From positions 54,064,001 through 54,128,000 of the forward strand of contig OZ024743.1 of NCBI GenBank assembly GCA_964016885.1: a stretch of DNA of 64,000 nucleotides, read 5' to 3'. This document shows positions 28,461 to 42,993 of this stretch, piece after piece. The translations under genes and the position numbers were made by a program. The DNA is from Eledone cirrhosa (taxonomy: Eukaryota). The notes beneath the pieces are model-generated. The model ran no database searches, was not told the DNA's origin, and was given only the letters and a program-made list of their open reading frames with translations. Numbering within the stretch: position 1 is the stretch's first letter; the number at the start of each line of letters is the position of its first letter.

Positions 28461-29492
28461 TTACCAGATTTTTGTTTTAGTCTCATTCATTCTCACCCCC
28501 ACACTCATCGACACAGTCTCAACCTCCCGCATCAAATCCTCTGCCTCCTTCACTGTATTTGTCACCAAAACTATGTCGTCGGCAAATTCAGCATCCGATA
28601 CCTTTTTCGCCCCAACTCTCCTGCTCTGAGCCGGTGCTACAGTAAAGCCAGAGTCCTGGTGTTTCTCCAGTGCAAGGCGCATACAATAGTCCACTACGAT
28701 GATAAAAAGGTAGGGAGCAAATGTATCTCCCTGGACCACTCCAGCCAGTATCTCAAAGAACTCTGTCATCCCATCAGGTGTAATGACTTGGGCTTTGGTG
28801 TTGGTGTAGAGCAGTGATATCAGGTCCACTATCTTCTTGGGGATTCCATAAGCCTGTAAGATCTTCATCAGGCAGCAACGGTCCACAGAATCAAAGGCAT
28901 TCCTAAAGTCAATGAAAACCATGACCGCAGGAAGGCACTTTGCTCTAGCTCCCTCTAATATCCTACTCAGCATCGGGAGGTGACTGGTGGTTGATCTACC
29001 CTCTCTGAAGCCGTTCTGGTTGTTCCTGAGCTTCTTCTCCATCTCAGGCTGGATCCTGTTAAGAATCATCCTGTTGAGGGTCTTTGCCACAAGTGACGTC
29101 AGTGAGATCCCCCGGTAGTTGTTGGTGTTAGAGAGATCTCCCTTCTTTGGCACTGGGACGATGTTACTGATCCTCCACTGATTCGGGGCAACTCCTTTCT
29201 CCAGTGCCCCGTTACAGAACCCCAGGATGATATCATCAAGATCACACCTCTTCATCACCTCTGATGCTACTCCATCTTCTCCACGAGCCTTGCCCTCCTT
29301 GATCCTCTTCTTGGCTCTCTGAAGCTCCTCTCTGGTGAAGGGCTCTGTCTCAACATCCAGTTCCTCAAACAGCCGCCTGATCTCCTCAGTGCTCTGGGCT
29401 GTGGAGGGTGGCTCTCCTAGTAGGGTCCTAAAATGGTCTAGCCATTTCCTCTTCCTATCTTCGGGCCCGTTCCCTGGATCTGACTCGAACAC
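28461..29492 (-). pseudogene. RTE ORF part 2: reverse transcriptase
   Basis: VPKKGD..NYRGISL, QNGFREGRST, FIDFRNAFDSV, GVVQGDTFAPYLF and EFADD motifs. Confidence 0.93.
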
Positions 29493-30817
29493 CTTCTCTT
29501 CCCCCCTGTGATCTCGTTGATGATCATCCAGCTCTCCTTACATCTAGATCTGTCAACCGCTCTCTCCACACTTCTGATCTTCTCTATCAGTGCCTCCTCT
29601 CTGACCTCAGTGTAAGCGGTACAGAACTCTTCCCTCATCACCTCCACAGTCTCCATCCTCTCCTCCGTAGGATCAGCATAGAATTGGTCCCTGGCAGCTT
29701 TCAGGTGTTCTCTGGCTGCACACACTTTTGGGTTTGCAGAGCTGACGTGCTTCCCTTTGTTATTTTTCCTCGGCACCAGGGTTTCACTCGCTTCCGCCAC
29801 TGCATTGGTGAAGTGCCCGTACCTCCTTGTCACACTCTCCTCAATCCATCCAATCTCTCTCTCCTCTGACTCTCCACACAGAGCACTAAACCTGTTTCTC
29901 ACTTCCACTGTGAACCTCTCCTGTAGCTTATCATCTTCCTTGAAAGCTCCCCAGTCATAGATTGTTCTCCGGGGCTGAGCCTTGCTCTTTCTTAAGCTCA
30001 CGCGGACCTCACTCATAACAAGCCGGTGGTCACTACCCAGTGTACTGAAATAGCTGTATGGTTCCGTGTTCAGAACACTATTCCGCCACTTTTTCCTCAC
30101 CAGAATGAAATCAAACTGGGACTTGGACAGGTGCATATCTGAGATATAGGTCCACATCTTCCCCAGATTCTTCCTAAATCTTAGGTTGATCGCCATCAAG
30201 TTCGCCTCCAGCAGGGTGTCTCTCAGTAGTCTTCCATTTCCGTTGGTGTTGTTATGGAAGTACCAGCAAGGATCTTCACTGCCCTCCTTACTCAGATGTG
30301 CATTGAAGTCCTCCAAAACAAGCAGGATATTGTGTGCCTGAGGGGTGTTGACAGCTCTACACACCTCCTCATGGAACTCTTCCGCATTCACATCACTGTC
30401 CCCCTCGGTTGGACTATAGGCTGAGATGACTGTCAGTCTTGGGTTTCCATTGAAGGTCACCATCAACACTCGCGGGGAGATAGGCATTATTTCCCTCACC
30501 AACAGATTGGTCTTTGCACTGAACACAAAACCCACTCCTCCTACTGCAGCATTTGTTGTGTTCTTCACTGCCGATGTAGTGATGAGCTGGCTCTTCCTCC
30601 CGATCATCACACTCCTCACGGGCTCATCGTGTAGAATCCTGTGTTCTTGGATCACAAGTATCTGTATACCACTCTCCTCGAACAGATGTCCCAACTCCTC
30701 TCTCTTCTCCAGCGTCCGAATAGTCCTCACATTCAAAGTGCCCATTTTGATGGCTCTTCTGCGGGACAAAACTGCATTGTTTATATTTGTCTCAGAGACA
30801 GCTGATCCATCATCCAC
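29438..30817 (-). pseudogene. RTE ORF part 1: apurinic-like endonuclease
   Basis: GTLNVRT, IQEHR, SAYSPT, EDFNAH, FDFILV and SDHRLV motifs. Confidence 0.92.
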
Positions 30818-31500
30818 TGGCCCTCTCTGTGGCTCTCAGCCAGCAGAGTCATAACGACCAGGCTGCTCCTTGACGGTGTAATTAGGGGCTCTAACCCTAG
30901 TGCTGTTAGATCGACTCTCCATATTTCTTTTCAATGGCTGACAATACCTTACCGGCGCCACTCGAATAGGGTAGTTATTTAACCCATAAATGGAGCCCTA
31001 ACAGGTACTACCACCCCGGGCCAGGGCAGACCTGGGAGTCATGACAACTAAGGGGTAACTCCACATTCCCCACATCTCCTGAACTCCCGAACTGGAGCCT
31101 TGCCACTGGATGTAGTTTAATGTCATACCCAGGACACATATGTATATACATATATATATATATATATGTGCGTGTGTATGCATGTATATATCTATAAATA
31201 TATGTATATATCTATAAATATATGTATATGCATGTATATATGTATATACATATGTATATGCAAGTATATATGCATATATATATATATGTATATGTGTGTG
31301 CATGTATATATATATATTTATATATGTATATGTATCTATATGTGTAAATATGTATGTATATGTGTATATATGTATATATATATGTTTGTATACGTATATG
31401 TATACATATGTGTATATATGTATATGTATATATGTATATGTATAAATATGTGTATATATGTCTATATGTGTGTATATGTATGTATATATGCGTGTATACA

Positions 31501-31571
<71 letters not shown>

Positions 31572-32252
31572 TCTCCATATAGTCACAGCTTCTGTGTTAA
31601 AAGTCATGCCCATTGGTATAAATAAACAAAGTGTCCGCGAAGTAAATTGTAAACCAACAGGCAACAGATGGCAAGTGAAATATTGGAAGCAATATAACAG
31701 AACGCGAGAACATTCTGGTATATTTTCTTACTTAAAAATAAATAGTTTCAATTTAAAAGACGTTCTATAAATGTGACGTCGTGTTTGGTATGTGGATTTG
31801 GGTGTGAATTCGTGTGATTAGGGTGTAGGAGTTGGTTTAAGTGGGTGTATGTTTGTGGTTAGAAGGCTGAAGAAAGTTATTTCATGTCATCAGAAAGCTA
31901 TAGATGTGACGTTGCCTTTTGCCTGTATGTTTGGTGGGGTATATTTGTGTCTCTATGCGTTTTGGGGGAGTGCGATTTAGTGTATGACGTCACCTCTATC
32001 ATAAAGTCGTAAGTTCTATTCCAGGATCGAATAACGCGTAATGTCCTTGGGCAAGATATTTTATTTCTCGTTGCTCCAGTCTTTTCAAAAGGGGACGCTT
32101 AAGTTTACTCTTAAGTTTAATATGTGATTATACATATTTCTCCCTCAAGGGATTATATACGGGTTTTATTCTATTGAAATAAAGTACTGCCGTACTTTGC
32201 TTAGCAGCAAAATATAATTTGAAAAATATATATGCCTATGCATGCATACATG

Positions 32253-32503
32253 CAGGGATGGATTTAGACTTTGGCGGGTCCGAGGTACTTCAGGTCTGGG
32301 TGGGCCTTCATACACAAAAAATTAGAATACACAGCAAACACCCCAATTTTACATATCAAAGTTTGTTTGGCGCAAGTAATGGAAATTAAAAAGTTATACA
32401 TACAGGTATTAAATTCAAAAGTTCTAACCATACTAAAACTAAAAAAACCTAGCTGACGCCACAAATAAGTTGCTACGGCCGTCGCTGGTGTAACCACCCA
32501 CTG
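32253..32503. mobile_element. Possible decayed MITE with CAG..CTG termini
   Basis: Begins cagggatggattta and ends taaccacccactg, giving imperfect TIRs. Confidence 0.3.
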
Positions 32504-32886
32504 CACAGTACATCAACTGTTTTAGAATGTACACATATGGCAGGGCCTCTTTTAGCGAAACTATGACATGAACTAGGATATCATAGGAAATATTCGAGAC
32601 AATTTGTACTCCATAATTGTTGACGGGGTGGGGAAATGTTGCTGATACTGGACACAATCGATCAGACACTTGGTGAGATTATAGGAATTCGTTAGATAAA
32701 TACTGACTAATACGTCAGCATATACAGAACAGCCGTTAAAAAATAACTACAACTAAAAGTGTCCAACATATCGGAAATTATATACATCTCTGTGTGAGTA
32801 AACAAATACATCGATATAAAATACATACATACGTTTACTCATATATTTCCCCACACATTCATATATACACATTTACATATATACAA

Positions 32887-32925
<39 letters not shown>

Positions 32926-33202
32926 TACATACACACATATACACACATATATACACACATATATACACACATATATTGACACATATACACACTTATATTG
33001 ATTGACACATATATACACATGCATACACACATATATACACACATATATACACATATATATATACACACATATATTGACACACACATACACGTACATACAC
33101 ACATATATACACACATATACTGACACATATATACACACATATATTGATACATATATACACACATATAATGACACATATATACACACATATATATATATAT
33201 AT

Positions 33203-33807
33203 GGTGGCTGCCAACTCGTTTTCGAGTACGGCCACTACTTTATATCCATGTAGGAGAACCCCTACCGATGCGCTCAACGAGTGTGACTTTTTGGTCCAGC
33301 CAGCGACTTAAAAACTTTGGTACAAACAGTACACTTGTGACAATTACTGACACATAGTGCAGGGCCCATGGTACCATGTGACAACAAGTGCAGAGAGATC
33401 TCCAGATATAAAGCAATACCTGTGCCGTGAAGCTTTTATAGTGAGCAAAGGCACTGCACAAAGCCAGTCCCACTCTCTTAACCAAGATGATATTTACCAA
33501 AAAGTAGAACAAGTCAACATCATTGGATACCATCAGGGTTGCAGGTGTTATATCAGAGTTTTCCTTCTCCTAGAATTCTGCCTTGACAAAGGCTTAGGGG
33601 TCATCTCTCCCGGTGATTTTGGATGGCCATTGACTCTTAAGAGCTCCTATGCCCTTTGACAGGTTTTGTTTTTACTCCTGCAGGATGTCCAAAGTCACCC
33701 TCCTCACCAAGAAACCTTGGTGGGGTTGCCAGTTTAGTCGCCAACGACCCGACCATGAGACAGGTTATACTGGGATACATGTTACCAGTAGCACCAACTG
33801 GTGACCT

Positions 33808-33810
<3 letters not shown>
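33203..33810 (-). mobile_element. Interspersed repeat, probably the 5' UTR-type fragment of an RTE-like LINE, inserted in a TA/CA tract
   Basis: Minus-strand ctaggagaaggaaaactctga is a motif I recall from RTE 5' regions. Similar acacatatattgacacat minisatellite lies on both sides. Confidence 0.4.
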
Positions 33811-33873
<63 letters not shown>

Positions 33874-34190
33874 TTGACACATATATATACATACATACAC
33901 GTATATACACACACATATATACACATATATACACACATATAGACACATATATACACACATATACACACATACATACACATATCCAAATACTCAGATACAT
34001 ACACAGACACATACACTCACACACTCACACACACATACACACACAAATACACACATATACACCTACACTCACACACACATACACACACATACACACACAT
34101 ACACACACATACACACACAAATACACACATATACACTTACACACACACACATACACCTACACGCATACATACATACACATACATGCATAC

Positions 34191-34240
<50 letters not shown>

Positions 34241-34282
34241 GCATACAAACATACATGCGTACACACATACATAAAAAAATCA

Positions 34283-35300
34283 TGCATGGATATGCTGCCA
34301 GGAAGCTCTGTAGTGAGAGTAATATAGATAAGTGATCTATCTTGGGCCAACATCTGCTACATTGGCTCCCACTTTGAAGGATACGCTTTTGCAATCCAAG
34401 AACAGGAAATCAACAGGAAATACTTGATTCGCAAAAGAGATAGGGATGCAAGCAAAACACCAAGATGTGACAAGTGCAGACTCTGCAGAATTGACATAGA
34501 AGATGTCACCCATGTCATAAGCAGCTGTCCAAATATGTCATTGCAGTGCTATCAACGTATGAGGCATGATGTAGTGGTCAAAATACTGTACAATGCAATA
34601 CGTAGAAAAGATAGTCCCGGTAATAAACATATTAAAAGCTACAGCAATGTGAAAGACATACATATATATAATATGAAAGAGTACTGGTGGAATGTTTTAG
34701 TCAAACCCCAATAAAATGCAAGCATAACAGACCAGATATAATGATATGGGACAGGGAAAAGAAGGCATGCACAGAAGTGGAACTTAGCTGGCCAGCAGAT
34801 AGATGCCAATATAATATTATAGAATATATATGCATAACCAAGGAGAAATCTACAGATACTCCACCCTGAGTATATCTTCAGATTTATACCTGTGATTATT
34901 GGTGCACTGAGATACGCTAGTAACTGCCTTAGTACAAATCTTGAGAAGCTGGGCTTCACAGAAATAGAAAGAACACGACTAGTTAGGAAATTACAAGTAC
35001 AATCCATTAAGGGAACAGTAAAAATATATAAAACATTCCAAAAGTTCTGCATCTAATAACTGCATGTACACATGTACAGATACAAAGCATATACACATGC
35101 ACACATATAACTCAAAACATCCACATCCACACATACAATAACATCCATACCTGCACACACATGCATGCATACAGACATCCATACATATCTACCTAGTTGA
35201 TGGTGTGTAAATTCCAAAGAGAGTCTTGCATCTATGTTAGAAACCGACTCTCTCTCTCTCTATTAGTAAAAAATTGTGAAATTATAAAACCAGAAGAAGA
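34283..35300 (+). mobile_element. R4/Dong-type non-LTR retrotransposon 3' fragment (CCHC zinc knuckle plus REL endonuclease)
   Basis: HFEGYAFAIQEQEI, CRLC..IEDVTHVISSC..YQRMRHDVV, EYWWN, KHNRPDIMIWD, FIPVIIGAL and IKGTVKIYKTF across frameshifts. It is embedded in CA-rich repeats. Confidence 0.85.
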
Positions 35301-35783
35301 TACATACAAAACATAGACACGCACACATATACACCTACACACATACACGCACACATACATACACACATACATACACCAACATACACCAATATATTTTATA
35401 CACGCAAGGTATGAATAGAAAGTTATAAAGTTATTAAGTGTGACAAAAAATACTCATCTTTAAAGGAGTGCAATAAACACAACACACTCTTAAATACAAG
35501 GAGTTCCATGATACTTCAACAGTATCTAAGAATATCTATAGAATAATATAGAACATTATAGAATATTCTGAAGAAATATATGGCATCCCTGTTGCTTAAC
35601 GCTATCCAACTAAAGAATAAGGGAAAAAATACTAATTTGAATGCATTACTCCACCACATACAATCAATTTCTTCATTATAGCGAAGGGTGACTGCATGAA
35701 GCCAATATATTTCTTCATTGACACTTATCGTTACCGTTTCCAAATTTGTACGGAAAACACCACATCCCCTCCGTATGTGTGTT

Positions 35784-35847
<64 letters not shown>

Positions 35848-35860
35848 CATATATATATGA

Positions 35861-35893
<33 letters not shown>

Positions 35894-36056
35894 AGTATGT
35901 GTGTATGCATGTATGTGTGTGTATGGATGCGTGCTTGTATGTGCATGCTTGTGTGTATATACGTGCAGAAGTATGTATGCATGTTATGCATGTATACGGC
36001 TGAATGCTTGTGTGCCCATGTCTGCGTGTCTACGCGTGCAGATGTATGTGTGTATT

Positions 36057-36206
<150 letters not shown>

Positions 36207-36747
36207 TGTTTAGAGGTAGATAAATAGATGTGCACATACACGTTGTTATACGCACATATGTATATAATTATACATTGACATATACACACACATACCCCCA
36301 CAGTTTCCTGGTCTCTTTCATTTCTTTCTCACATACAAACACGACATTAAATCTTTACCCTTCCTCTTATCTCTGTATATTTCTCTTGAACCTAATTTCA
36401 TGTCCGTGTGTATATAAATATCTCTCTCTCTCTCTCTGCATATATATATATATAGAAACATATATATGTGTGTGTGTATCTGTGTATGCATGTATTCTAT
36501 CTATCCATCTATCTCTCTATATTATATATATATACATACATATATATATATATGCATATATGTGTGCGCGCACGCGTATTTATTCCTTCATGCCTGACAT
36601 CTAAAGAAATCTCCGATTTCCATATGAAGAAAAAAATCTTATAACTTTGATATAATTTTTGTTATTATTGTTATTGTTTAATATTAGATATCACCAACAT
36701 CATTGCCACTGCTGCTGCTGCTACTACTACTACTACTACTACTACCA

Positions 36748-36794
<47 letters not shown>

Positions 36795-37071
36795 GTTGCT
36801 GCTGCCACCACCATCATCATCACTATTCATATGCTTATTATAAATCATCATAACCATCATCATTAGTATTATAGTCATTATGGCTACTACTGTAAATACT
36901 ATTATTATTATTATCATTATTATTATTATCGTTTGCATTTAATTAAAAAAATGTAGGGGTTTAGAGAAAGAAAAAAATCAGTATTTTTTATCCATTTTTT
37001 ATTTCTTTATTCAATTATATATTTTTCTTGCAAATAGCAGACGACACGCCAGATCCCTGGCAATAATATGA

Positions 37072-37136
<65 letters not shown>

Positions 37137-37262
37137 TATGTATGTATATATATATGTATATATATATGTATGTATGTATATATATATATATGTATATATG
37201 TATGTATATGTATGTATATATGTATATATATATATGTATATATATATGTATGTATATATATG

Positions 37263-37295
<33 letters not shown>

Positions 37296-37343
37296 GTATA
37301 TATATATGTATGTATATATATATATATGTATGTATATTATGTA

Positions 37344-37490
<147 letters not shown>

Positions 37491-37810
37491 GGAAGTAACA
37501 TGATAGGAAGTAAGTGTGTAATGTTTTGGGTTTCTTTTCTTTTTTTTATGTTTATAGAATAGATAATATTAAGCTTTGATGGTCCTCTGGCTTGGCTCTG
37601 GCAAGTGTGAATAACTCGATGGCAACTATTCACAGATTGCTAACACTTTTCTGTTATAAATATTATTATTATTACTACTAATGTTATTATTATTGTTGCT
37701 TTTGTTCTTGTTGTTTTCATGTCATGCTGCCATCAGTGCCACAGCAAGGAACCAGTTCGTGACATTGATGGCACAGGAGAAATATTTCTGTATGCTTGTC
37801 TACATGCATG

Positions 37811-37887
<77 letters not shown>

Positions 37888-37891
<4 letters not shown>

Positions 37892-37975
37892 CAATATGTT
37901 GAAAAGGTAACACACTAGAGAGAAATAGTATGCCATCACTTTCTCTCTACTGTTACCTTTTCAACATATTGTATT
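37888..37975. repeat. Hairpin module abutting (TA)n (25-bp perfect outer arms plus an inner stem)
   Basis: aatacaatatgttgaaaaggtaaca pairs with tgttaccttttcaacatattgtatt, and the inner tagagagaaa pairs with tttctctcta. Confidence 0.9.
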
Positions 37976-38059
37976 TTAAAGAGCTCAGGATTCCTTTTCC
38001 TTTGAGCACATTATTGACAGGGAATAACGAGAGTCTATGGCTCTGTTAATTAATCGTGT

Positions 38060-38103
<44 letters not shown>

Positions 38104-38489
38104 ACGAACATATTGGGTTTTATTCTTGTTCATATGTTATAAATGAAAGTGATGGTGATGATGATGATGGTAGTGTTGGTGGTAATGAGATCCGTTGTAT
38201 CACTGTATTCTAGCCTAGTGTTATGTAATATTGCAGTGATGTATATTGTGGTGTTGTTTAGTACAGTACAATCTAGTGTTGTATAGTGTGGTGCAATGTA
38301 GAGTTGTAAAGATGTACAGTGCAATAAAATATCGTGTAATAGAATACAGTGTAATACGATGTTGTATAGCCTGGTGTAATGTAATATAGTGTACATACAA
38401 TGTTATATAGTGTAGTGGGCTTTGATAGTATAGTAAAGTTTAAGTCTAGGTATAAAATCTTTCTCAAGCTAGAAGCATTGACTGAACAA

Positions 38490-38845
38490 CAGAAACATTC
38501 ATCGTCGAATCAGACGGAGATTCATTCATTATTAATGCATATGTTGGTAGTTGATTCAGTGTCTAAGTTTAGTCTAAAGTCTGTCTCAAGCCAGAGGGCT
38601 CATCAGGCCGGTGCTTATCCCGGTTTCGTGATGTGAAGCAACTGAGTACGAGACTCCTCTCTGGACAGAACGCCAGTCCATCGCCCGTTTAAACCCCCAG
38701 CTATTGCTGGTACTCATTTTCAGCTGAGTATACTGGTGCAACGTGCAATGAAATATGTTGCTCAAGAACACCACACACAATCCAGCCCAGGAATCGAACC
38801 CACGACATTATGTCTAACACTCTTACCTCTAGGCCACGCACATCT
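38490..38845 (-). mobile_element. SINE (family C) plus flanking sequence, duplicated at 63355-63685
   Basis: Minus-strand B box gggttcgattcc, tcttgagcaa and aatgagtaccagc. The spacer ttcattcattatta..atgttggtagttgattcag is shared with the second copy. Confidence 0.75.
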
Positions 38846-40439
38846 AAAAAAAATAATAAGGCGGCACTTCTCCCCTCTCAGTCAGTTATTAAAAAACAGA
38901 GAACGATCCTCAATGGTAAAACTATTCAAGTCAAGGTACCATACTAGATTAGTTCACCTGTTTCATGCTCAGCGAGAAAGGCTATGCCATATCCTCGTCG
39001 TGTTGTTGTGCCACTCAATAGAATTGGATACCGTTGTGACACATATTTAAAAACATGGCCGTAAAGTACAATATAGTATTATATAGTAAATTACGACTAT
39101 TGCAATGATTCTCACTCTTTCAATTAGTGTTTGAAAAATCCTTTATTGCAATATTTCTTATCTCAAATATTTGAACGCAGGCATATTTAAGTGGTTATTC
39201 GAAATCATAAAATGCGAGATTTTGTCCTACTCTGTGGCATCGTGTGGGAATGTTTTTATCATAACTTCAGCTTTGTAAGTAAAATTGAGTACACTGAAAC
39301 TATGTGGAAGCCCATCAGATGGATTATACTTGTAATTCAAAGGTGCAGCTTTATTACATTGTATCTTACACTGATTTTTGCCAGAGAATTATATTAAGGG
39401 CACGTGTTTCTGTGGAATACACATCTAATTATACGTTAACATAGCTAGTCGGACTTTCTGTTCATCAGAGCGGGACAGACGGAGGCAGTGACAGTAGGAA
39501 TTTGGTTTCTTTGTGTTCGGATCTGGTGTATATGTATATGTTTATTTACAGCATCACAAGTTACCTAATATAACTATAATAAGGTCTTCATTAGTAAACT
39601 GAATATTTGTTGTCGAAATTGACTGAAGGCATTTCATATCAAATATAATTTTCTATTTTATTTTATTTTATTTTATTTTATTTTTTGTGGTGATTACGTT
39701 AGTATGACAGACAGAGCCGGCGCTCCCATTCTGCCAACTACTCTCGTGTCTCGAATAATCTTCCCCTATTCGCTTATTAATTTTTCAGATATATTTCCTA
39801 CAAAAATTACCGATTTTCCAAATCCCGGGTAAAGACCTCAGAGATACGCATTACTCAATCTTAAAATACTATATTTTTTATCGAACTGAAAGGATAAAAA
39901 TGAAAACTCACCCCGGCGTGGTTTGAACTCAGAACACAGAAATCAATAACAGATAAAACAAAACATTTTGTCCTCTGCTTCAAAGACGTCAATCCCCCCC
40001 TCTCTCCCCCCCCTCTCTCCCCCCTCACTCTCTCACTCTCTCTCTCTCTCACGCAAACATATTTCATATGAGACACACTTTCTTTTGCACCATCGGTGTC
40101 TTTCTTTCTCTGTCTGCATGCCTCTCTATCTCTCCTCTTTTAAAACATGTTTTTCTTATATTCACGTCACTACAAGTCTTTCTCTCTCTATTCGCTTACA
40201 CTCTTCCTCACATTTCTCTCAGAGAAGCTCTCTCTCTCTCTCTCAAACTTACACATCTCGCACGTGAGCACAACTTCTTTGTCAGTCTCACCTTTCCTCA
40301 AACCATTTTACACATTATAGCATCATAAATACATACTCATTTATACATACATACATAATACATACATACATACATACATAATACATGCATAATACATACA
40401 TACATAATACATGCATGCATACATACATACATACATACA

Positions 40440-40473
<34 letters not shown>

Positions 40474-40940
40474 CAGCCACACTCGTACGCAAATTTGAAT
40501 ACACATAAATCATACTCAAGCGCACATACATACGTACGTATACATGTTTACAGAAGCATACGCACACAGACACATGCACACGTATGTGTGGTAACTAGGA
40601 AAACTCACAAAATCATATAAACGAATAGAAATGAACACATGCATACATATATGAATGCATACATACACATATTCATACACACAAGTTCAGGTGTGTAAAG
40701 AAGCATATATACACAAAACCTATACACATCTACACACACTGATGTGGTTTGTTAAATATATGTGTGGAGACACAAAATTAAATCCAAACGGAATAAGTAT
40801 TCGCATACACGCACACACGTACATACATACATACATACATACATACATACATACATACATACATACATACATACATACATACATACATACATACGTAGAT
40901 GTGTAATACCTTGCATACAAATATACACTTAGACATAAGC

Positions 40941-40982
<42 letters not shown>

Positions 40983-41483
40983 AATATACACATATATATA
41001 TATATGTACATATACATACATATATATATATTTAAATATATATGTATATATGCACAAACATATACATATATACAAATATACATATATATATACAAACATA
41101 TACACATATATTTATTCACACATATATACACATTTATATACATATATATATATACTTATATATATAATACAATATATATATACACACATAATATATCTAT
41201 ATAAGTATATGTATATGTATATATATATATATACATAGAGAGAGAGAGAGATCAATATATATGTATGTATGTATATATATATATATATTATATATATAAA
41301 TATATATGTATGTATGTATATGTATGTATGTATATATATATATATATATTATATATATAAATATATATGTATCTATGTATCTATATATATATATATATGT
41401 ATATGTATGTATATATATATATATGTATGTATGTATATATATATATAAATGTATATGTATATATATATATGTATATATAAATA

Positions 41484-41558
<75 letters not shown>

Positions 41559-41865
41559 CACATCTATATCAAGTTATATATATTTCTCATCTATATCAAG
41601 TTTCCGAATCACTCCGAGAGGAATTTGATTAGGGAAGTCTTTGACTGCTGGTGAACAGCTTACAGGAGGAAACTTAATTAATACAAATGGCGTGCGAGTA
41701 TGTCGTAAACGAAGTGACTGCACAATTTCATGGTGCATCTCATTGCAGTCTTGTATGGGGGGTGGGGGTGGGGTAGAAGATTGTTGTGCAGCCAGCCATT
41801 CATTCCCACCAAATTCGTTGCCACACAGCCACCGTCACACACTCACACACATACGTATATATATC

Positions 41866-41909
<44 letters not shown>

Positions 41910-41911
<2 letters not shown>

Positions 41912-42434
41912 GTATAACTGAACAAAAAAGAAAAACGAACACAGACATATACATGTATGTGTTCAAATCGTAATGGACCAGAAATGCTTTTGATATATTC
42001 GGCTCCGTTAATTCGTATCGTAGAGTTAATTCAAATGTCGTGTAGACCCGGCTGCTATTTTTAGTGACGTGAGTCTGCGCGACACGCTAAGTTCGGAAAC
42101 CGTGTGCGTTACATATACACATTCTATCCAGTTCTTTATTTTATTTAGAAGTGATCAGGATTCTAATTCTTCACCCGCTGATGAGCTAGGAATTTGATAT
42201 ACCGCTTCACAAATAATATTGCGAAACGGTTCTATCAAAAACCGTCCGGGTGATGGGTAGTTACCACAATACTGATTTGTATTTATTTTTCTTGATTTAT
42301 TCTTAAATTGAGTCAAGCAAACCCTATTGGCTATAGTTAGGATTTTTTTCATCTTAGAATTTCTGGTCCATTACGATTTGAACACATACATGTATATGTC
42401 TGTGTTCGTTTTTCTTTTTTGTTCAGTTATACTA
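41910..42434 (+). mobile_element. Fold-back module with perfect 76-bp inverted arms (41910-41985 / 42359-42434) enclosing a canonical HHR, set between (TA)n tracts
   Basis: The arms are exact reverse complements by eye. The right side extends to about 42515. Confidence 0.8.
42171..42253 (+). ncRNA. Canonical type I hammerhead ribozyme
   Basis: tcacccg-CTGATGA-gc..atttg..caaat..gc-GAAA-cggtt ctatcaaa aaccg-TC-cgggtga. Stem I is 7 bp, stem III is 6 bp, and GUC cleavage is predicted after 42246. Confidence 0.88.
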
Positions 42435-42518
42435 TACGGCTCGGAAAAAACCTTTTTCCTAGACCTAATTTTACTGTAATGAGACTAATTTGAGTTTCTA
42501 ATTCAGTACATGCTTTTG

Positions 42519-42566
<48 letters not shown>

Positions 42567-42574
<8 letters not shown>

Positions 42575-42993
42575 TTAGAAAATATAAGCTTTCACCGTAT
42601 TTTAGACTAAAGAAATTTCTAGCCTGATAGTGGGGTTTATAACCCTTGGAGAAATGGAAAAAGATGAGTGTTGCCGTACATGGGAGTCGAACCCACATCT
42701 TTGGTTATCCAGACCACTGTGCTACCATTACACCAATACACATCCCATCTCCATCCTGCTTGTTTATCATTCTCTTGCTAAGTTCATAGCTTCTAATTCG
42801 AATGGAAGGAGATGGGATGTGTATTGGTGTAATGGTAGCACAGTGGTCTGGATAACCAAAGATGTGGGTTCTACTCCCATGTACGGCAACACTCATCTTT
42901 TTCCATCTCTCCCAGGGTTATAAACCTCATTATCAGGCTAGAAATTTCTTTAGTCTAAAATACGGTGAAAGCTTATATTTTCTAATTTCTAAT
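42567..42993. repeat. Palindrome with 186-bp arms (42567-42752 / 42808-42993), each arm containing a tRNA-like unit
   Basis: The arms are reverse complements with a few substitutions and a 55-nt spacer. The structure abuts (TA)n. Confidence 0.95.
42817..42902 (+). pseudogene. tRNA-derived (Gln-like D arm) Pol III unit followed by a T5 terminator, with a mirror copy at about 42658-42743(-)
   Basis: A box tggtgtaatggtagc, B box ggttc(t/g)actcc (intact GGTTCGACTCC in the left arm) and TTTTT at 42898-42902. Confidence 0.6.

Larger units (their letters stand above)
27810..31136 (-). mobile_element. RTE-clade LINE, near full length (5' UTR, APE, RT, C-terminus) with two frameshifts
   Basis: Three colinear minus-strand ORFs encode APE and RT. 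A short tagataga tail follows the stop codon, and both ends abut TA/TG microsatellites. Confidence 0.92.

Noticed and set aside
42817-42888. Functional tRNA gene
   Set aside because: The acceptor and anticodon stems pair poorly and the anticodon is ambiguous. Treated as tRNA-derived.
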